From a virus (Duplodnaviria > Heunggongvirae > Uroviricota > Caudoviricetes): a stretch of 64,000 nt of DNA. The translations under genes were made by a program, and so were the position numbers. The notes beneath the pieces were generated by a model. That model worked only from the letters and a program-made list of their open reading frames with translations, did not search any database and had not been told where the DNA came from. The stretch is from the IMG/VR virus record IMGVR_UViG_3300031687_001264; one strand, given 5' to 3'. Of the stretch, positions 1 through 9,652 are shown in pieces (the first letter of the stretch is position 1; each line of letters opens with the position of its first letter).

Positions 1-240
1 GTGGTATTAGCACCAAGTTACTTTGAGCAGTTAATCACATTAGGTGTTCTATTCCAAGTACTTAACGCATTTGGTAGAGTAGAAGGTTCAATGACATTCT
101 TTATTGATAGATGGACAACGATTGTTGACTTCCAATCAGTGATTAAACGATTGCGTGAATTCAACAAAGTATTGGATGAAGCAGAATTGAATCCTACACC
201 ACCAGTAAAGAAGAAACGAGCATATCGTAAGAAAGCATAA
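1..240 (+). CDS. hypothetical protein, 3' end only (lysine-rich C-terminus)
   Basis: ORF runs off the window start. Followed by a rho-independent terminator. Confidence 0.4.
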   Translation: MVLAPSYFEQLITLGVLFQVLNAFGRVEGSMTFFIDRWTTIVDFQSVIKRLREFNKVLDEAELNPTPPVKKKRAYRKKA

Positions 241-252
241 CACATCTTATGT

Positions 253-283
253 AAAAAAAGACGCTAAATGCGTCTTTTTTATT
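253..283. terminator. rho-independent terminator, probably bidirectional
   Basis: Hairpin aagacgc-taaat-gcgtctt flanked by an A-run and a T-run. Confidence 0.6.
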
Positions 284-306
284 GCATTTATTTTTTACTC
301 AAACAC

Positions 307-335
307 TTGACAAGTAAGACGCATTGCGTTATAAT
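307..335 (+). promoter_or_regulatory. sigma70-type early promoter (TTGACAAGTAA ... 17 nt ... TATAAT)
   Basis: TTGACA at 307-312 and TATAAT at 330-335. Belongs to the repeated promoter family. Confidence 0.6.
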
Positions 336-368
336 AGTTAAGTAAGTTAATTAAAGCGAGAAAGATTC

Positions 369-680
369 ATGAAAGCAGTAGTTCGTATTGAAGTTTCAAA
401 AGCCCATCCAACTGCAAAGTTTTTAACTGTTCGTGATTACCCTGTGCTAGTTGCAAATATCAAAGGCAAAGGTAAGGATGACATTCAGCGTAAAGTAGAT
501 CGTTTAACAGATAAAGTTCGTCGTGAAGAAGGTGTTCAGTATATGGGTTCTACTACTCTGTTCAACAAAGAAATGTCTGGGCTTGGCTTTATTAAGTACA
601 GTAACAAAAACGGATTTACTGGTAACTGGAGTAAGTGCAAAAAAGATTTGGAAATGTTTTCCACACTAAGGAGAGCATAA
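369..680 (+). CDS. hypothetical protein
   Basis: ORF downstream of the promoter at 307. Confidence 0.45.
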   Translation: MKAVVRIEVSKAHPTAKFLTVRDYPVLVANIKGKGKDDIQRKVDRLTDKVRREEGVQYMGSTTLFNKEMSGLGFIKYSNKNGFTGNWSKCKKDLEMFSTLRRA

Positions 681-1564
681 TGATAACAAATATTAATTCT
701 AAAGACGATATCGCTAATCATAAAGATTACATACTTGAACAAGAACATTGGCTTGCTGATTTAAAAGATCCCGTCATACAACAACATATGGCAAAAAACT
801 TTCAAAGTGCCGCAGTCTTTGACGAAGCATTCACCAAAGAAGAAATAGAGTGGATTTATGGCTTCGCTTTCAGTCGTTGTACCACAGTAAGACATAATGA
901 TAACGGTACTATGTTTATCAGTGGTAACTTACAAGGTGTTTATGAAAAGTTTGCTGATAGAATTAATCAAATGATTCCTGGAGCAGAAAACTCACCATGT
1001 GTAGGAGGTAACTTTTTCATTACTCCTAGTCAGTATGGTTTACACAATGATAGCACACGTGAAAGCGATTGGGTTCAAAGTTTAGAAAGAACACCTCGCG
1101 ATAGCGATAGACGTAAATGGATTCCGTGGCGCAACATGATCATTCCACTATTTACTGCACCTAGTGGCATTGATAGTCATGCTACATTCTTTGATCAACG
1201 ACATGCTGATTTTGCACACGTATATCATCATGGTAAGAAAGCAAATCAAACAGTTGCTACCACATATCCCATAGCAGATGATCACGGTAAACTAGATTTC
1301 CGCTTATTGGATGGTACAGTGCAATCAACAGAAGATAATCTACGTAAGTATAATGTTGAACACCATGAAGAGTATCTATATTATACCCCTTACAGGAGAT
1401 TGACAGGACTTACACCAGAGTTAACATGCGAATGGAAACCAGCAAGTCCTATTGTATTTGATGCTGTACAATTACATGCAACCAATAAAGGATTCAAAGA
1501 TCAAACTCATTGGACTACTAAAATGGGATTGTTACTTACATTTATGAAAGAAGTACCACAATAA
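679..1564 (+). CDS. hypothetical protein
   Basis: Long ORF. Start moved to the ATG at 679, which sits after the RBS aaggagag. The track start at 635 has no RBS. Confidence 0.5.
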
Positions 1565-1582
1565 ATTAAAGAGAGCATTATT

Positions 1583-1822
1583 ATGACTGAATTTATATTA
1601 TTAATTTTTTTGACAGTGTCGTCCGAAGGGCATGATACCGCTTTAAACAAACTATATCCTCGTACGTTCGTGTCAAGAGAAGAATGTATCGCAATGACAG
1701 TCGATACTACCGCAAGAACACACCTTTATCGTTATTTGACAGAACAAATTATTGGTACTCAAACTATTGTTGATATGCGATTCAGTTGTCTACCAGTAAC
1801 GAAGAAATCAGCCAATGGCTAG
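1583..1822 (+). CDS. hypothetical small protein, hydrophobic N-terminus
   Basis: ORF with RBS gagag. Overlaps the next ORF in another frame. Confidence 0.3.
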   Translation: MTEFILLIFLTVSSEGHDTALNKLYPRTFVSREECIAMTVDTTARTHLYRYLTEQIIGTQTIVDMRFSCLPVTKKSANG

Positions 1823-2178
1823 ATCTCCAAAAACTGATAAAAAGTTTTCAGTGTGTCGCACTATGGAAGAAGCACGTGGATAACATTAGAACACAATATA
1901 TATGCAGACTATTCCCGAACGGTGTAATTAGAGAAGAGCAATGGGGATATGATCCGATAAATGCCGAGAATCATCGTGGAGACTATGAATACATAGTTAG
2001 GTGGCATCGCCTAGATGGACCGGCACATATCGTGTATAATAAGTTGGGTTATATCACGCGATATAAATGGTGGGTCAATGGTGAACTAATAACTAGTGAC
2101 GTATTAGAAAAATACTTTGTGGATGCACTAAACCCAACAGACGAAGAGATATTTATATTTAAAATGGCTAAAGTATGA
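1786..2178 (+). CDS. hypothetical protein with MORN-like repeat and C-terminal DEEIFIFKMAKV tail
   Basis: ORF with TTG start and no in-frame ATG. C-terminal half is paralogous to 30819..31070. Confidence 0.4.
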   Translation: MSTSNEEISQWLDLQKLIKSFQCVALWKKHVDNIRTQYICRLFPNGVIREEQWGYDPINAENHRGDYEYIVRWHRLDGPAHIVYNKLGYITRYKWWVNGELITSDVLEKYFVDALNPTDEEIFIFKMAKV

Positions 2179-2372
2179 TTAAAAATAAAATAAATCCTAG
2201 ATGGTTTCGTGTAACACGACCTATTGGTAGTTTGATAAGTCGTTCGGCAGATGTAGATGAGCATTGGTGCGAAAAAAATTGCATCGGTAAATTCACAAAC
2301 TCTCCGATGGGATCGAACTTCTGGTTTGAGAAAGAAGAAGATGCAATGATGTTTAAAATGGCAAACAGTTAA
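2175..2372 (+). CDS. hypothetical small protein (ends EEDAMMFKMANS)
   Basis: ORF with ATGA overlap onto the previous gene. Shares the C-terminal tail motif. Confidence 0.4.
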   Translation: MIKNKINPRWFRVTRPIGSLISRSADVDEHWCEKNCIGKFTNSPMGSNFWFEKEEDAMMFKMANS

Positions 2373-2378
2373 AACTAG

Positions 2379-2407
2379 TTGACAAGTAACACTCGTCATG
2401 CTATAAT
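2379..2407 (+). promoter_or_regulatory. sigma70-type early promoter
   Basis: TTGACAAGTAAC at 2379, 17-nt spacer, TATAAT at 2402-2407. Confidence 0.6.
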
Positions 2408-2440
2408 AACTGACATCATGAATATAAAGGATTTAATAAA

Positions 2441-3412
2441 ATGAAAATTATTGCAGGTAACAGTAACAAAAAAATGGCACTTGCCATTGCAGAAAGGTGC
2501 TTTGCGTCACTCGTATCCGCAGATATCAAAACATTTGCAGATGGTGAATCAAGTGTACAGTTTAACGAGAACATTCGTGGCGAAGATGTTTTCATCATTC
2601 AATCAACGTCTACTCCTGTTAATGACAATCTTATGGAATTGTTGGTTATGATTGACGCTGCAAAACGTAGCAGTGCAACTCGCATTACCGCAGTAATGCC
2701 ATACTTTGGATATGCACGCCAAGATCGTAAGAGTGCATCCCGTACTCCCATCACAGCAAAACTAGTAGCAGACTTACTAACAACAGCGGGCGCAGACAGA
2801 ATCCTTACAATGGACTTACACGCAGGACAAATACAGGGATTCTTTGATATTCCAGTCGATGATCTAACATCCCGTATTGCGTTTGCTAAAGATATTAAGA
2901 AGCAATTCTTCAAAGAAGGTGCTGACGTAACCGAGATTGAAACTGTATTTGTAAGCCCAGATGCAGGCGGTACAGTTCGTGCACGTAAGTTTGCTGACAT
3001 GTTTGGTGGTGATATTGCCATTGTAGACAAGCGCAGACCACGTGCTGGTGAAAGTGAAGTTATGGGATTAATTGGCGATGTCAAAGGACAACACGCTATT
3101 CTAGTAGACGACATTATTGACTCAGGTGGTACATTATGTAATGCTGCTCAAGCAATCATGGATGCTGGTGCACTTAGTGTTAGGGCATATATTACACATG
3201 GTGTACTTAGTGGTACTGCTTGTCAACAAGTTGAAAAGAGTGTACTCACTGAACTAGTAATCACTGACAGCATTGAATTTAATTGTCCAGCAGATCATAC
3301 AAAAACTAGAACAGTAAGTGTAAGTCAAATGTTTGGTGAAGCAATTCGTCGTGTCACTAACGAAGAAAGTGTCAGTAGTTTATTCACCCAACTAGTAAGA
3401 CCTATAGTATGA
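2441..3412 (+). CDS. prs: ribose-phosphate pyrophosphokinase (PRPP synthetase)
   Basis: [16 protein letters not shown] motif and PRPP-binding loop DDIIDSGGT. 323 aa. Confidence 0.9.
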   Translation: MKIIAGNSNKKMALAIAERCFASLVSADIKTFADGESSVQFNENIRGEDVFIIQSTSTPVNDNLMELLVMIDAAKRSSATRITAVMPYFGYARQDRKSASRTPITAKLVADLLTTAGADRILTMDLHAGQIQGFFDIPVDDLTSRIAFAKDIKKQFFKEGADVTEIETVFVSPDAGGTVRARKFADMFGGDIAIVDKRRPRAGESEVMGLIGDVKGQHAILVDDIIDSGGTLCNAAQAIMDAGALSVRAYITHGVLSGTACQQVEKSVLTELVITDSIEFNCPADHTKTRTVSVSQMFGEAIRRVTNEESVSSLFTQLVRPIV

Positions 3413-4152
3413 AGATTAAGTATATGAGCGATCTTCATTTGGAGTTCGGTCAACTAAATGAAGAACCAACTGATAATGCAGATGTATTAATATTAGCAGG
3501 CGATATTAATATTAAGGGAAGAGTAGGTTGGATTAATGAACAAATTGAAAAATATAAGCACGTTATCTATGTTACTGGCAACCACGAATATTATAACTCT
3601 AATATTTCTCATCTCGATAGTAGATTAGAAGAAAATTTAGATCCACGTATACATTTCCTACAAAATAAATCAGTGAAGATAGAAGACACTATGTTTCATG
3701 GTTCTACTCTTTGGACTGATATGACATTAGCTGATGAATACTTCATTAATAGAGGTATGTCGGATTTTAACGTCATTAGTATTAATAATGATGATGTAAT
3801 TAATAATGGTTTTCGTAAATTCAGAACACATGACTCTAAAGTAGAACATTATGCTGCTATGGAATATCTAAAAGCGAATGTAAAGAAAGGTGATGTAGTG
3901 ATTACTCACCATGCTCCATCATTCAAATCGTCGTTGGATTGCTTTATAGGAAGCACATTAAATCCTGCTTTCGCAACTGATTTATCAGCATTCATTATGG
4001 ACTACAGGCCTAAGTTCTGGATTCATGGTCATATGCATAATACATCAGATTATATGATTAGTGGCACTCGTATATTGTGTAATCCTAGAGGGTACATTCA
4101 TGAAGAAAATCATGAATTTGATGTTAACAAAACATTTGAAATAGGAGAATAG
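3409..4152 (+). CDS. calcineurin-like metallophosphoesterase
   Basis: Motifs DLHLE, GDINIKG and GNHEYY. Confidence 0.6.
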   Translation: MKIKYMSDLHLEFGQLNEEPTDNADVLILAGDINIKGRVGWINEQIEKYKHVIYVTGNHEYYNSNISHLDSRLEENLDPRIHFLQNKSVKIEDTMFHGSTLWTDMTLADEYFINRGMSDFNVISINNDDVINNGFRKFRTHDSKVEHYAAMEYLKANVKKGDVVITHHAPSFKSSLDCFIGSTLNPAFATDLSAFIMDYRPKFWIHGHMHNTSDYMISGTRILCNPRGYIHEENHEFDVNKTFEIGE

Positions 4153-4153
4153 T

Positions 4154-4369
4154 ATGATAACAATTTTTGAATTTTTAGCATTTGGTGTAGTTAGTGTTAT
4201 GTGGTTTATGGTGGTTACATCATTAAGCACCATAATATATGGTAATAGGCCCACAGATAAACAAGTTCTTATTATATCAGTATTTGCAGGTCCATTTGCG
4301 TGGGCAATATTCGCCTCAATATACGCATATGAATATTATGATAAGATAGTATCAAAACTAGGTGAATAA
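4154..4369 (+). CDS. small membrane protein
   Basis: Two hydrophobic segments. Tightly packed with neighbours. Confidence 0.4.
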   Translation: MITIFEFLAFGVVSVMWFMVVTSLSTIIYGNRPTDKQVLIISVFAGPFAWAIFASIYAYEYYDKIVSKLGE

Positions 4370-4607
4370 TCGTAGTAAAGCACGCAGTAAGAAACAAGAA
4401 AAACTACGTATTGAGCGAGAATATCCAATCATCATGGAAATTAATGTTGGTCAACATAGATCGATTGATTGGCGAGCAATTGATAAAGTAGTTGATTGTG
4501 TCTTTATATCTTATGCATCTACTCGCATGCAGGCATCTTATCTACCATATGGTGTAATACGATTTAAAACAATACAAGATATGTTTCTAGTAAAACTAAT
4601 ATTATGA
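4362..4607 (+). CDS. hypothetical protein
   Basis: ORF only. Confidence 0.3.
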   Translation: MNNRSKARSKKQEKLRIEREYPIIMEINVGQHRSIDWRAIDKVVDCVFISYASTRMQASYLPYGVIRFKTIQDMFLVKLIL

Positions 4608-4625
4608 AAAAAGAGATATAATTTA

Positions 4626-5087
4626 ATGCACGATAAGATGTTTGACCACGTAGTTGCTAGTACTATACTTGCTGATTTATGTGATGAAAGTTATTATGAT
4701 GTATGTCCGTGTACGATGACTGCTCCATTGATTAATACTAATGAGTGCCCATTATGTAATGGACATGGTGTGTTGATTATGACTGACTACGATGTCATAT
4801 TAGCAGATACTTATTTTACCAAAAAATCACTCACGCCAATTAACAAAGTGAGTCGCGCAGAAGTTGGTAGGTTTGATACGGTCACAATTGATGGTGTAGA
4901 ACATGAATTTCATAAGCCTATAACGCAAAACGAACAAACGGTTCGACTGCGCATAGAGGTCAGACACGATGAATTGGAAGACAAGTATGAAGATCTATTG
5001 AACGAAGGTAACAAATTAATGTTAGCAGAAAACGCATATAAGGATTTACTAGAAAAATGTGAATTACTTGAGAAATTAAAAAACTAG
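4626..5087 (+). CDS. hypothetical protein (CPC...CPLC motif, coiled-coil C-terminus)
   Basis: ORF with possible zinc-binding cysteines. Confidence 0.4.
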   Translation: MHDKMFDHVVASTILADLCDESYYDVCPCTMTAPLINTNECPLCNGHGVLIMTDYDVILADTYFTKKSLTPINKVSRAEVGRFDTVTIDGVEHEFHKPITQNEQTVRLRIEVRHDELEDKYEDLLNEGNKLMLAENAYKDLLEKCELLEKLKN

Positions 5088-5089
5088 AC

Positions 5090-5119
5090 TTGACTTATCT
5101 TAAAGTCTTTGCTATACTA
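5090..5119 (+). promoter_or_regulatory. sigma70-type promoter (TTGACT ... 18 nt ... TATACT)
   Basis: Hexamers at 5090-5095 and 5114-5119. Confidence 0.45.
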
Positions 5120-5160
5120 CTACATAAGCAATATCGCTTATTAAAACTAAGGAATTAAAA

Positions 5161-6072
5161 ATGAACGAAACAACTCGAACACGTAGGTCCCCAGGAGCCA
5201 AAATCGCCATTGGTGCATTCGCCGCAATCGTTGCAATTGTTGTGCTTATAGTCGCATTCAATGCATGGACAATTGTAGGTGTAGGTAAAGAGAAAGTAGG
5301 TGCTACTTTTGGTAAAGTGCACGAGTCTGCACTAGGATCAGGCTTCTATATTGTTAACCCACTTGCAGACTTTGAACGTTACGACTTGCAAGAAGTTACG
5401 TATACATGGGAAGACTTGGGTGTACCAGCACAAGATAATCTAAAAACATCAATGGACGTTGCTATTACTGGTCATTTTATATCTGGTATGACAGCAAATG
5501 TACGTGAAAATATTGGTTCTAGCGATGGATTTATGGCATCACAAGTAAATCGCAGGGTGCCTGCTATGATTGTTGAAGTAGGTAAAGAACTTGCTGTTGT
5601 TTCACAAGACTTTTATGGTGAAACTACTCTTGCACGTATGGAAACTGAAATCAAGTTCCGACTTAATAAAGAACTACAGCAACGTGGATATCAAATTACT
5701 ACTGTGAAGTTCTCAGATATCAACTTACCACAAGTAGTAACAGCAGCAATCGTAAAAACTAAGCAACGTCAACAAGAAGTTAACGAGCAGTTGGCTAAGT
5801 TGAAAATCGCTGACTTGCAAGCACAAGAGAAGACAGCAGAAGCACAGGCTGCATCTAAGTCTGCCGCATTTAATGCAACAGCAGCAGAGTTAACAGCAGA
5901 TGCAGAATTATATCGCATTCAACGGGTCGCAGAAGGTAACTTAGCACTATCAGCGTCAGTTACAGACAAATTGATTGAATTGAAAGAAGCAGAGGCAGGT
6001 CTATTGTGGAATGGTGTTATGCCAACTACCATGCTAGGTGCAACTCCAAATGTATTAATGAATCTTAAATAA
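5161..6072 (+). CDS. SPFH/band-7 (HflC/stomatin-like) membrane protein
   Basis: N-terminal transmembrane helix, VGVGKEKVGATFGKV motif and an Ala/Gln-rich coiled coil. Confidence 0.55.
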   Translation: MNETTRTRRSPGAKIAIGAFAAIVAIVVLIVAFNAWTIVGVGKEKVGATFGKVHESALGSGFYIVNPLADFERYDLQEVTYTWEDLGVPAQDNLKTSMDVAITGHFISGMTANVRENIGSSDGFMASQVNRRVPAMIVEVGKELAVVSQDFYGETTLARMETEIKFRLNKELQQRGYQITTVKFSDINLPQVVTAAIVKTKQRQQEVNEQLAKLKIADLQAQEKTAEAQAASKSAAFNATAAELTADAELYRIQRVAEGNLALSASVTDKLIELKEAEAGLLWNGVMPTTMLGATPNVLMNLK

Positions 6073-6086
6073 AAAGGAACTGTAAC

Positions 6087-6461
6087 ATGACAGAAGAGAA
6101 TACCGAAGTTAAGTCAGTAGGTGAAATGATTAAAGAGGGTTCAATGAATCCTCGCGATATTCACTCAGAATGGGAAAATAACAAAGATGCACTCATTACA
6201 AAACTACAAGAAAGTATTGTAGAAGTTACATTCCTAAAAGTGAATGGTGACGAACGAGTTATGACGTGTACACTGCGCAACGATATTAAGCCTGCTGCAA
6301 CTAAAAAAGATCCATTGTCACAAGAAAAAGTTCGTAAGATTAGCGAAGAAGTTCTTAGTGTATGGGATGTTAAAGCAGAAGGTTGGCGATCATTTCGCTG
6401 GGGTTTAATTCGCGCTGTAAATGAAGCATCTAACGTAATTGTAGAAAAGGAACTAGTATAA
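6087..6461 (+). CDS. hypothetical protein
   Basis: ORF with RBS aaaggaac. Confidence 0.45.
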   Translation: MTEENTEVKSVGEMIKEGSMNPRDIHSEWENNKDALITKLQESIVEVTFLKVNGDERVMTCTLRNDIKPAATKKDPLSQEKVRKISEEVLSVWDVKAEGWRSFRWGLIRAVNEASNVIVEKELV

Positions 6462-6706
6462 TGGGTAAAGTATTTACTATCATGAGTGAACAGAATCAGA
6501 ATCCAGTGGCTACACAATGTATTGACACTGATGATTCTACTAAATCTTGGACAGAAGCAGGTCAACAACGTACACGAAATGCACGTGACAAAATTCGTCT
6601 TGCACTAATTCAATCTAGGAAAGACGGCGAAGCAGGTAACGAAGCGAAGGTATTAGAAGCAGCAGAATTGCGATTGCAACTAGTGGCATTTGATGCTGGT
6701 AAGTAA
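6461..6706 (+). CDS. hypothetical protein
   Basis: ORF with ATG overlapping the previous stop codon. Confidence 0.4.
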   Translation: MGKVFTIMSEQNQNPVATQCIDTDDSTKSWTEAGQQRTRNARDKIRLALIQSRKDGEAGNEAKVLEAAELRLQLVAFDAGK

Positions 6707-6766
6707 CCGTAACACATAAATTCGCAAAGAATTGCGATGTAATTAAATTAAAAAAGGTAGAATACA

Positions 6767-6946
6767 ATGAACGAAATTCATCAACAAATCGTAGAAGCAT
6801 ATGAAGCATACTTAACAGAACATGCATCATGGGAAGATAAAGGCGTTAAGGCAGCAGCAGCGCGTGCACGTAAAGCACTTGGCGATCTTGGTAAACTTAC
6901 CAAATCTCGACGCAGCGAAATACAAGACAAAAAGAACGCAATGTAA
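6767..6946 (+). CDS. hypothetical small protein (59 aa)
   Basis: Not in the ORF track. RBS aaaaggtag. Sequence MNEIHQQIVEAYEAYL... Confidence 0.35.
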   Translation: MNEIHQQIVEAYEAYLTEHASWEDKGVKAAAARARKALGDLGKLTKSRRSEIQDKKNAM

Positions 6947-7222
6947 TTTACAGCAAATGATAAATATGAGGGTCAGTAATATGATCCTTATACAATCAAA
7001 TTGCAACTCGACACATTCGAGTGAAGGATCACTGATAATATAGTGAGGTTGAATTTAAAAAAGGTTATGAATTTTTTAGAAGTGGCATTTCTGGTGTCTG
7101 GTTGTGGTGGAGTTATAGCATTACATGAGTATGTAATATATAGAGAAGATATCGATGAACACGATCGATATGATGAAGAAGATCAATACGAAGATTGATA
7201 AATAATTATATAGGTATATAAT

Positions 7223-7684
7223 ATGAAATTAAGTAAAAATTTCACAGTAAGTGAATACACAAAATCATCAACTGCAACTCGTAGATGCATTGATAATTCA
7301 ATGACTCCAGAACATCTAGTAAGTGCTAAAGCCTTATTTGAAAATGTAGTTCAACCAGTAAGAGATCACTTTGGTCCTACTGTTATTACATCTGGATACC
7401 GATCAGATGCATTAAATGATGCAATTGGCGGTGCACGTGGTTCTCAGCATTCAAAAGCAGAAGCCGCAGATTTTGAAACAAAATATTCTACAGTAGAAAC
7501 TGCACAATGGATTGCAGATACTTTAGACTTTGATCAACTAATCTTGGAATTTTATGTTCCCGGTGACCCTAACTCAGGTTGGACTCATTGTAGTTATAAA
7601 TCAAAGGCGGAAAATAGAAACCAAATCTTAACCGCAGTCAAGGAAGATGGTAAAACCGTTTATAAACATGGAATCGTAACATAA
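7223..7684 (+). CDS. peptidase M15 family cell-wall peptidase (probable endolysin)
   Basis: SGYRS...GGARGSQH...AADFE, the pattern of an L-Ala-D-Glu peptidase. Confidence 0.6.
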   Translation: MKLSKNFTVSEYTKSSTATRRCIDNSMTPEHLVSAKALFENVVQPVRDHFGPTVITSGYRSDALNDAIGGARGSQHSKAEAADFETKYSTVETAQWIADTLDFDQLILEFYVPGDPNSGWTHCSYKSKAENRNQILTAVKEDGKTVYKHGIVT

Positions 7685-7718
7685 TTAGAATTGGTATAAT
7701 AACCCAAGGAAATAAAAT

Positions 7719-7925
7719 ATGAGTACATTAGATAGTTTAACACACCATAAAGAAGTACTAGAACAACGTCATCGTTTATTAGATAAGGTCATTGCTGACA
7801 TGTATAAACAAAATTCAGATGATGTATTACTACATACTATGAAAAAAGAAAAGTTACAACTACGTGACGAAATTGAAGTAATGAATATTCAATTGGAACA
7901 AAATAAATCAAAAACTTTCAATTAA
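7719..7925 (+). CDS. hypothetical coiled-coil protein
   Basis: ORF with RBS aaggaaataa. Confidence 0.4.
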   Translation: MSTLDSLTHHKEVLEQRHRLLDKVIADMYKQNSDDVLLHTMKKEKLQLRDEIEVMNIQLEQNKSKTFN

Positions 7926-7928
7926 CAC

Positions 7929-7957
7929 TTGACAAGTAACTCATATTGTTATATAAT
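7929..7957 (+). promoter_or_regulatory. sigma70-type early promoter
   Basis: TTGACAAGTAAC at 7929 and TATAAT at 7952-7957. Confidence 0.6.
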
Positions 7958-7982
7958 ATCTATATTAAATAAGGAAGTAATT

Positions 7983-8075
7983 ATGTTTTGGTTATTACAC
8001 GCAGCAGCATTAATCGTTATGCCTCTTGCATTATTTGTGACTATACCACTACATCTCATTTCTAATCAACTATAG
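7983..8075 (+). CDS. 30-aa hydrophobic peptide (MFWLLHAAALIVMPLALFVTIPLHLISNQL)
   Basis: RBS taaggaag. Lies between two cell-wall hydrolase genes. Confidence 0.35.
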   Translation: MFWLLHAAALIVMPLALFVTIPLHLISNQL

Positions 8076-8091
8076 TTAAGGAATTAACAAT

Positions 8092-8745
8092 ATGAAATTT
8101 TTACTTGTATGTTCATTTTTGACGTTATTAGGTGCAGCGGCTTACGGTGAATTTGGAATGGCATCAGGAAAATTGCTCGTACCTGCAAAGATTGATTTAT
8201 CAGAAGATGAGTCTTGGATAAAGATTCAAGGTCGTTCTGATAGAAAATTCTTTCTGACTAATCCAGAGAAGCATCCCCAAATCTTTTGCCTTGCAAAGAA
8301 TATATATTTTGAAGCAGGTATTGATAGTCGCGCTGGCATGTACGCTGTGGCAGATGTAACATTAAATCGTGTAACAGACTCACGATGGGGTAATACAGTA
8401 TGTGATGTTGTTCATCATGGAGCAAAAAAAGAGAGTTGGAAAACAAAGCAAGATCCTACTCTTCCTGATTCATTACGAATATATTATCCTGTTAAGAACA
8501 AGTGTGCATTTTCATGGTATTGTGACGGCAAGCCAGACACCATCCCTTATGGAAGCACCAACTGGATTAAATCACAACACATAGCATGGGATATTTACAT
8601 GAATGGTAATTATAGTGGAATCACAGAAGGATCTACCCACTACCATGCATCGTATGCTACATTCGGACAAGGTGATTGGCGCAAAGATCGTGGCATGCAA
8701 TTCATAAGTCTTATAGGACAGCACATCTTTTATCGGTGGAACTAA
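8092..8745 (+). CDS. secreted SleB-like cell wall hydrolase
   Basis: Signal peptide plus AKNIYFEAG...VADVTLNRV (Hydrolase_2-like). Confidence 0.55.
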   Translation: MKFLLVCSFLTLLGAAAYGEFGMASGKLLVPAKIDLSEDESWIKIQGRSDRKFFLTNPEKHPQIFCLAKNIYFEAGIDSRAGMYAVADVTLNRVTDSRWGNTVCDVVHHGAKKESWKTKQDPTLPDSLRIYYPVKNKCAFSWYCDGKPDTIPYGSTNWIKSQHIAWDIYMNGNYSGITEGSTHYHASYATFGQGDWRKDRGMQFISLIGQHIFYRWN

Positions 8746-8921
8746 TGAGTATTGAAAATAGTGACGACGAAGCAGTAACCACAATTAATAAAGTGATCAA
8801 GTTAGTATATGCACGATGGGACAATGGTCACATTGACGCAATGCAACGAGACATCTTAATAAATCAATTAAAAAATACATTATATGCCTTAACAGGCAGT
8901 GATGATGATAAATATTACTAA
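8745..8921 (+). CDS. hypothetical small protein
   Basis: TAATG overlap. The track ORF extends 5' to 8676. Confidence 0.3.
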   Translation: MSIENSDDEAVTTINKVIKLVYARWDNGHIDAMQRDILINQLKNTLYALTGSDDDKYY

Positions 8922-8954
8922 ATACAACAGTATTACAATTTAAAGGAGAAACTT

Positions 8955-9272
8955 ATGTTTACTACAACAACAACTTATGAAAACAACGCAGGATGGGATA
9001 CCATAGAAGAAGCACTCACTGAAATTAATGAACTAATGACTGCAACAAAAACTGAACAGGATCAGATTAAACTCGATGAGTTAGAGTCTACTAATGATTT
9101 GATCTGGGGTGTACCTACGCTAAGCAGTGATGGAGTCACATATACATCGGTGATAACTGCAAGTCAACATGCACTGGATGTAATGGAAAGCATGTCTGCT
9201 GATTCTGGAGCAACCACTATGTATGATACAATTCAAAAATTTCAGTCTGACTGGACACCAGTGGTCGAATAA
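8955..9272 (+). CDS. hypothetical acidic protein
   Basis: ORF with RBS aaaggagaa. Confidence 0.45.
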   Translation: MFTTTTTYENNAGWDTIEEALTEINELMTATKTEQDQIKLDELESTNDLIWGVPTLSSDGVTYTSVITASQHALDVMESMSADSGATTMYDTIQKFQSDWTPVVE

Positions 9273-9607
9273 TGACTCAATGGCATGGCGGCAAAGGTGA
9301 TTTAAGACGCGCTTCTACCTACGGTTCTAAATTTGGTGATAATTATGACAAAATTTGGGGCAAAAAAGAAGCGACATTTGAGAAGACGAAGTCATCAGTG
9401 TCAGATGATGACTTACGTCCAATCGATGGAAGACTTGTCGAAGCAGATGAATGTGTGTGTCATAAATGTATTACGGACAATAAATTAATTGATTCTAGTG
9501 GATTCTTAATAAGCGTCTCTGGTAGGGTAGTATGCCCAGAGTGCAAATCAACACGATGTACTCACGCACAAGATCATAATAACAAATGTGGTGGTTGGTC
9601 ACTGTAA
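9272..9607 (+). CDS. Cys-rich zinc-ribbon-like protein
   Basis: CVCHKC...CPECK...C motif. Its 3' end forms the left copy of a 35-bp direct repeat. Confidence 0.45.
   Translation: MTQWHGGKGDLRRASTYGSKFGDNYDKIWGKKEATFEKTKSSVSDDDLRPIDGRLVEADECVCHKCITDNKLIDSSGFLISVSGRVVCPECKSTRCTHAQDHNNKCGGWSL
9573..9607. repeat. 35-bp direct repeat, copy 1
   Basis: atcataataacaaatgtggtggttggtcactgtaa. Copy 2 at 10251..10285 has one mismatch. Confidence 0.8.
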
Positions 9608-9652
9608 TAGGTACCGTGACAGTACACCATGTATGAATAATGGGAAATTAGT

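Noticed and set aside
2599-3114. Antisense ORFs in the track, for example 2599..3114 in prs, 22481..22852 in a radical-SAM gene, 6615..6830 and 6822..7043
   Set aside because: They lie inside or opposite well-supported genes, lack RBSs and have atypical composition. They are treated as spurious.
3409-4152. Calling the metallophosphoesterase a T4 gp47 (Mre11/SbcD) orthologue
   Set aside because: It is only 247 aa and no gp46 (Rad50) partner is nearby. It is kept as a generic calcineurin-like phosphoesterase.
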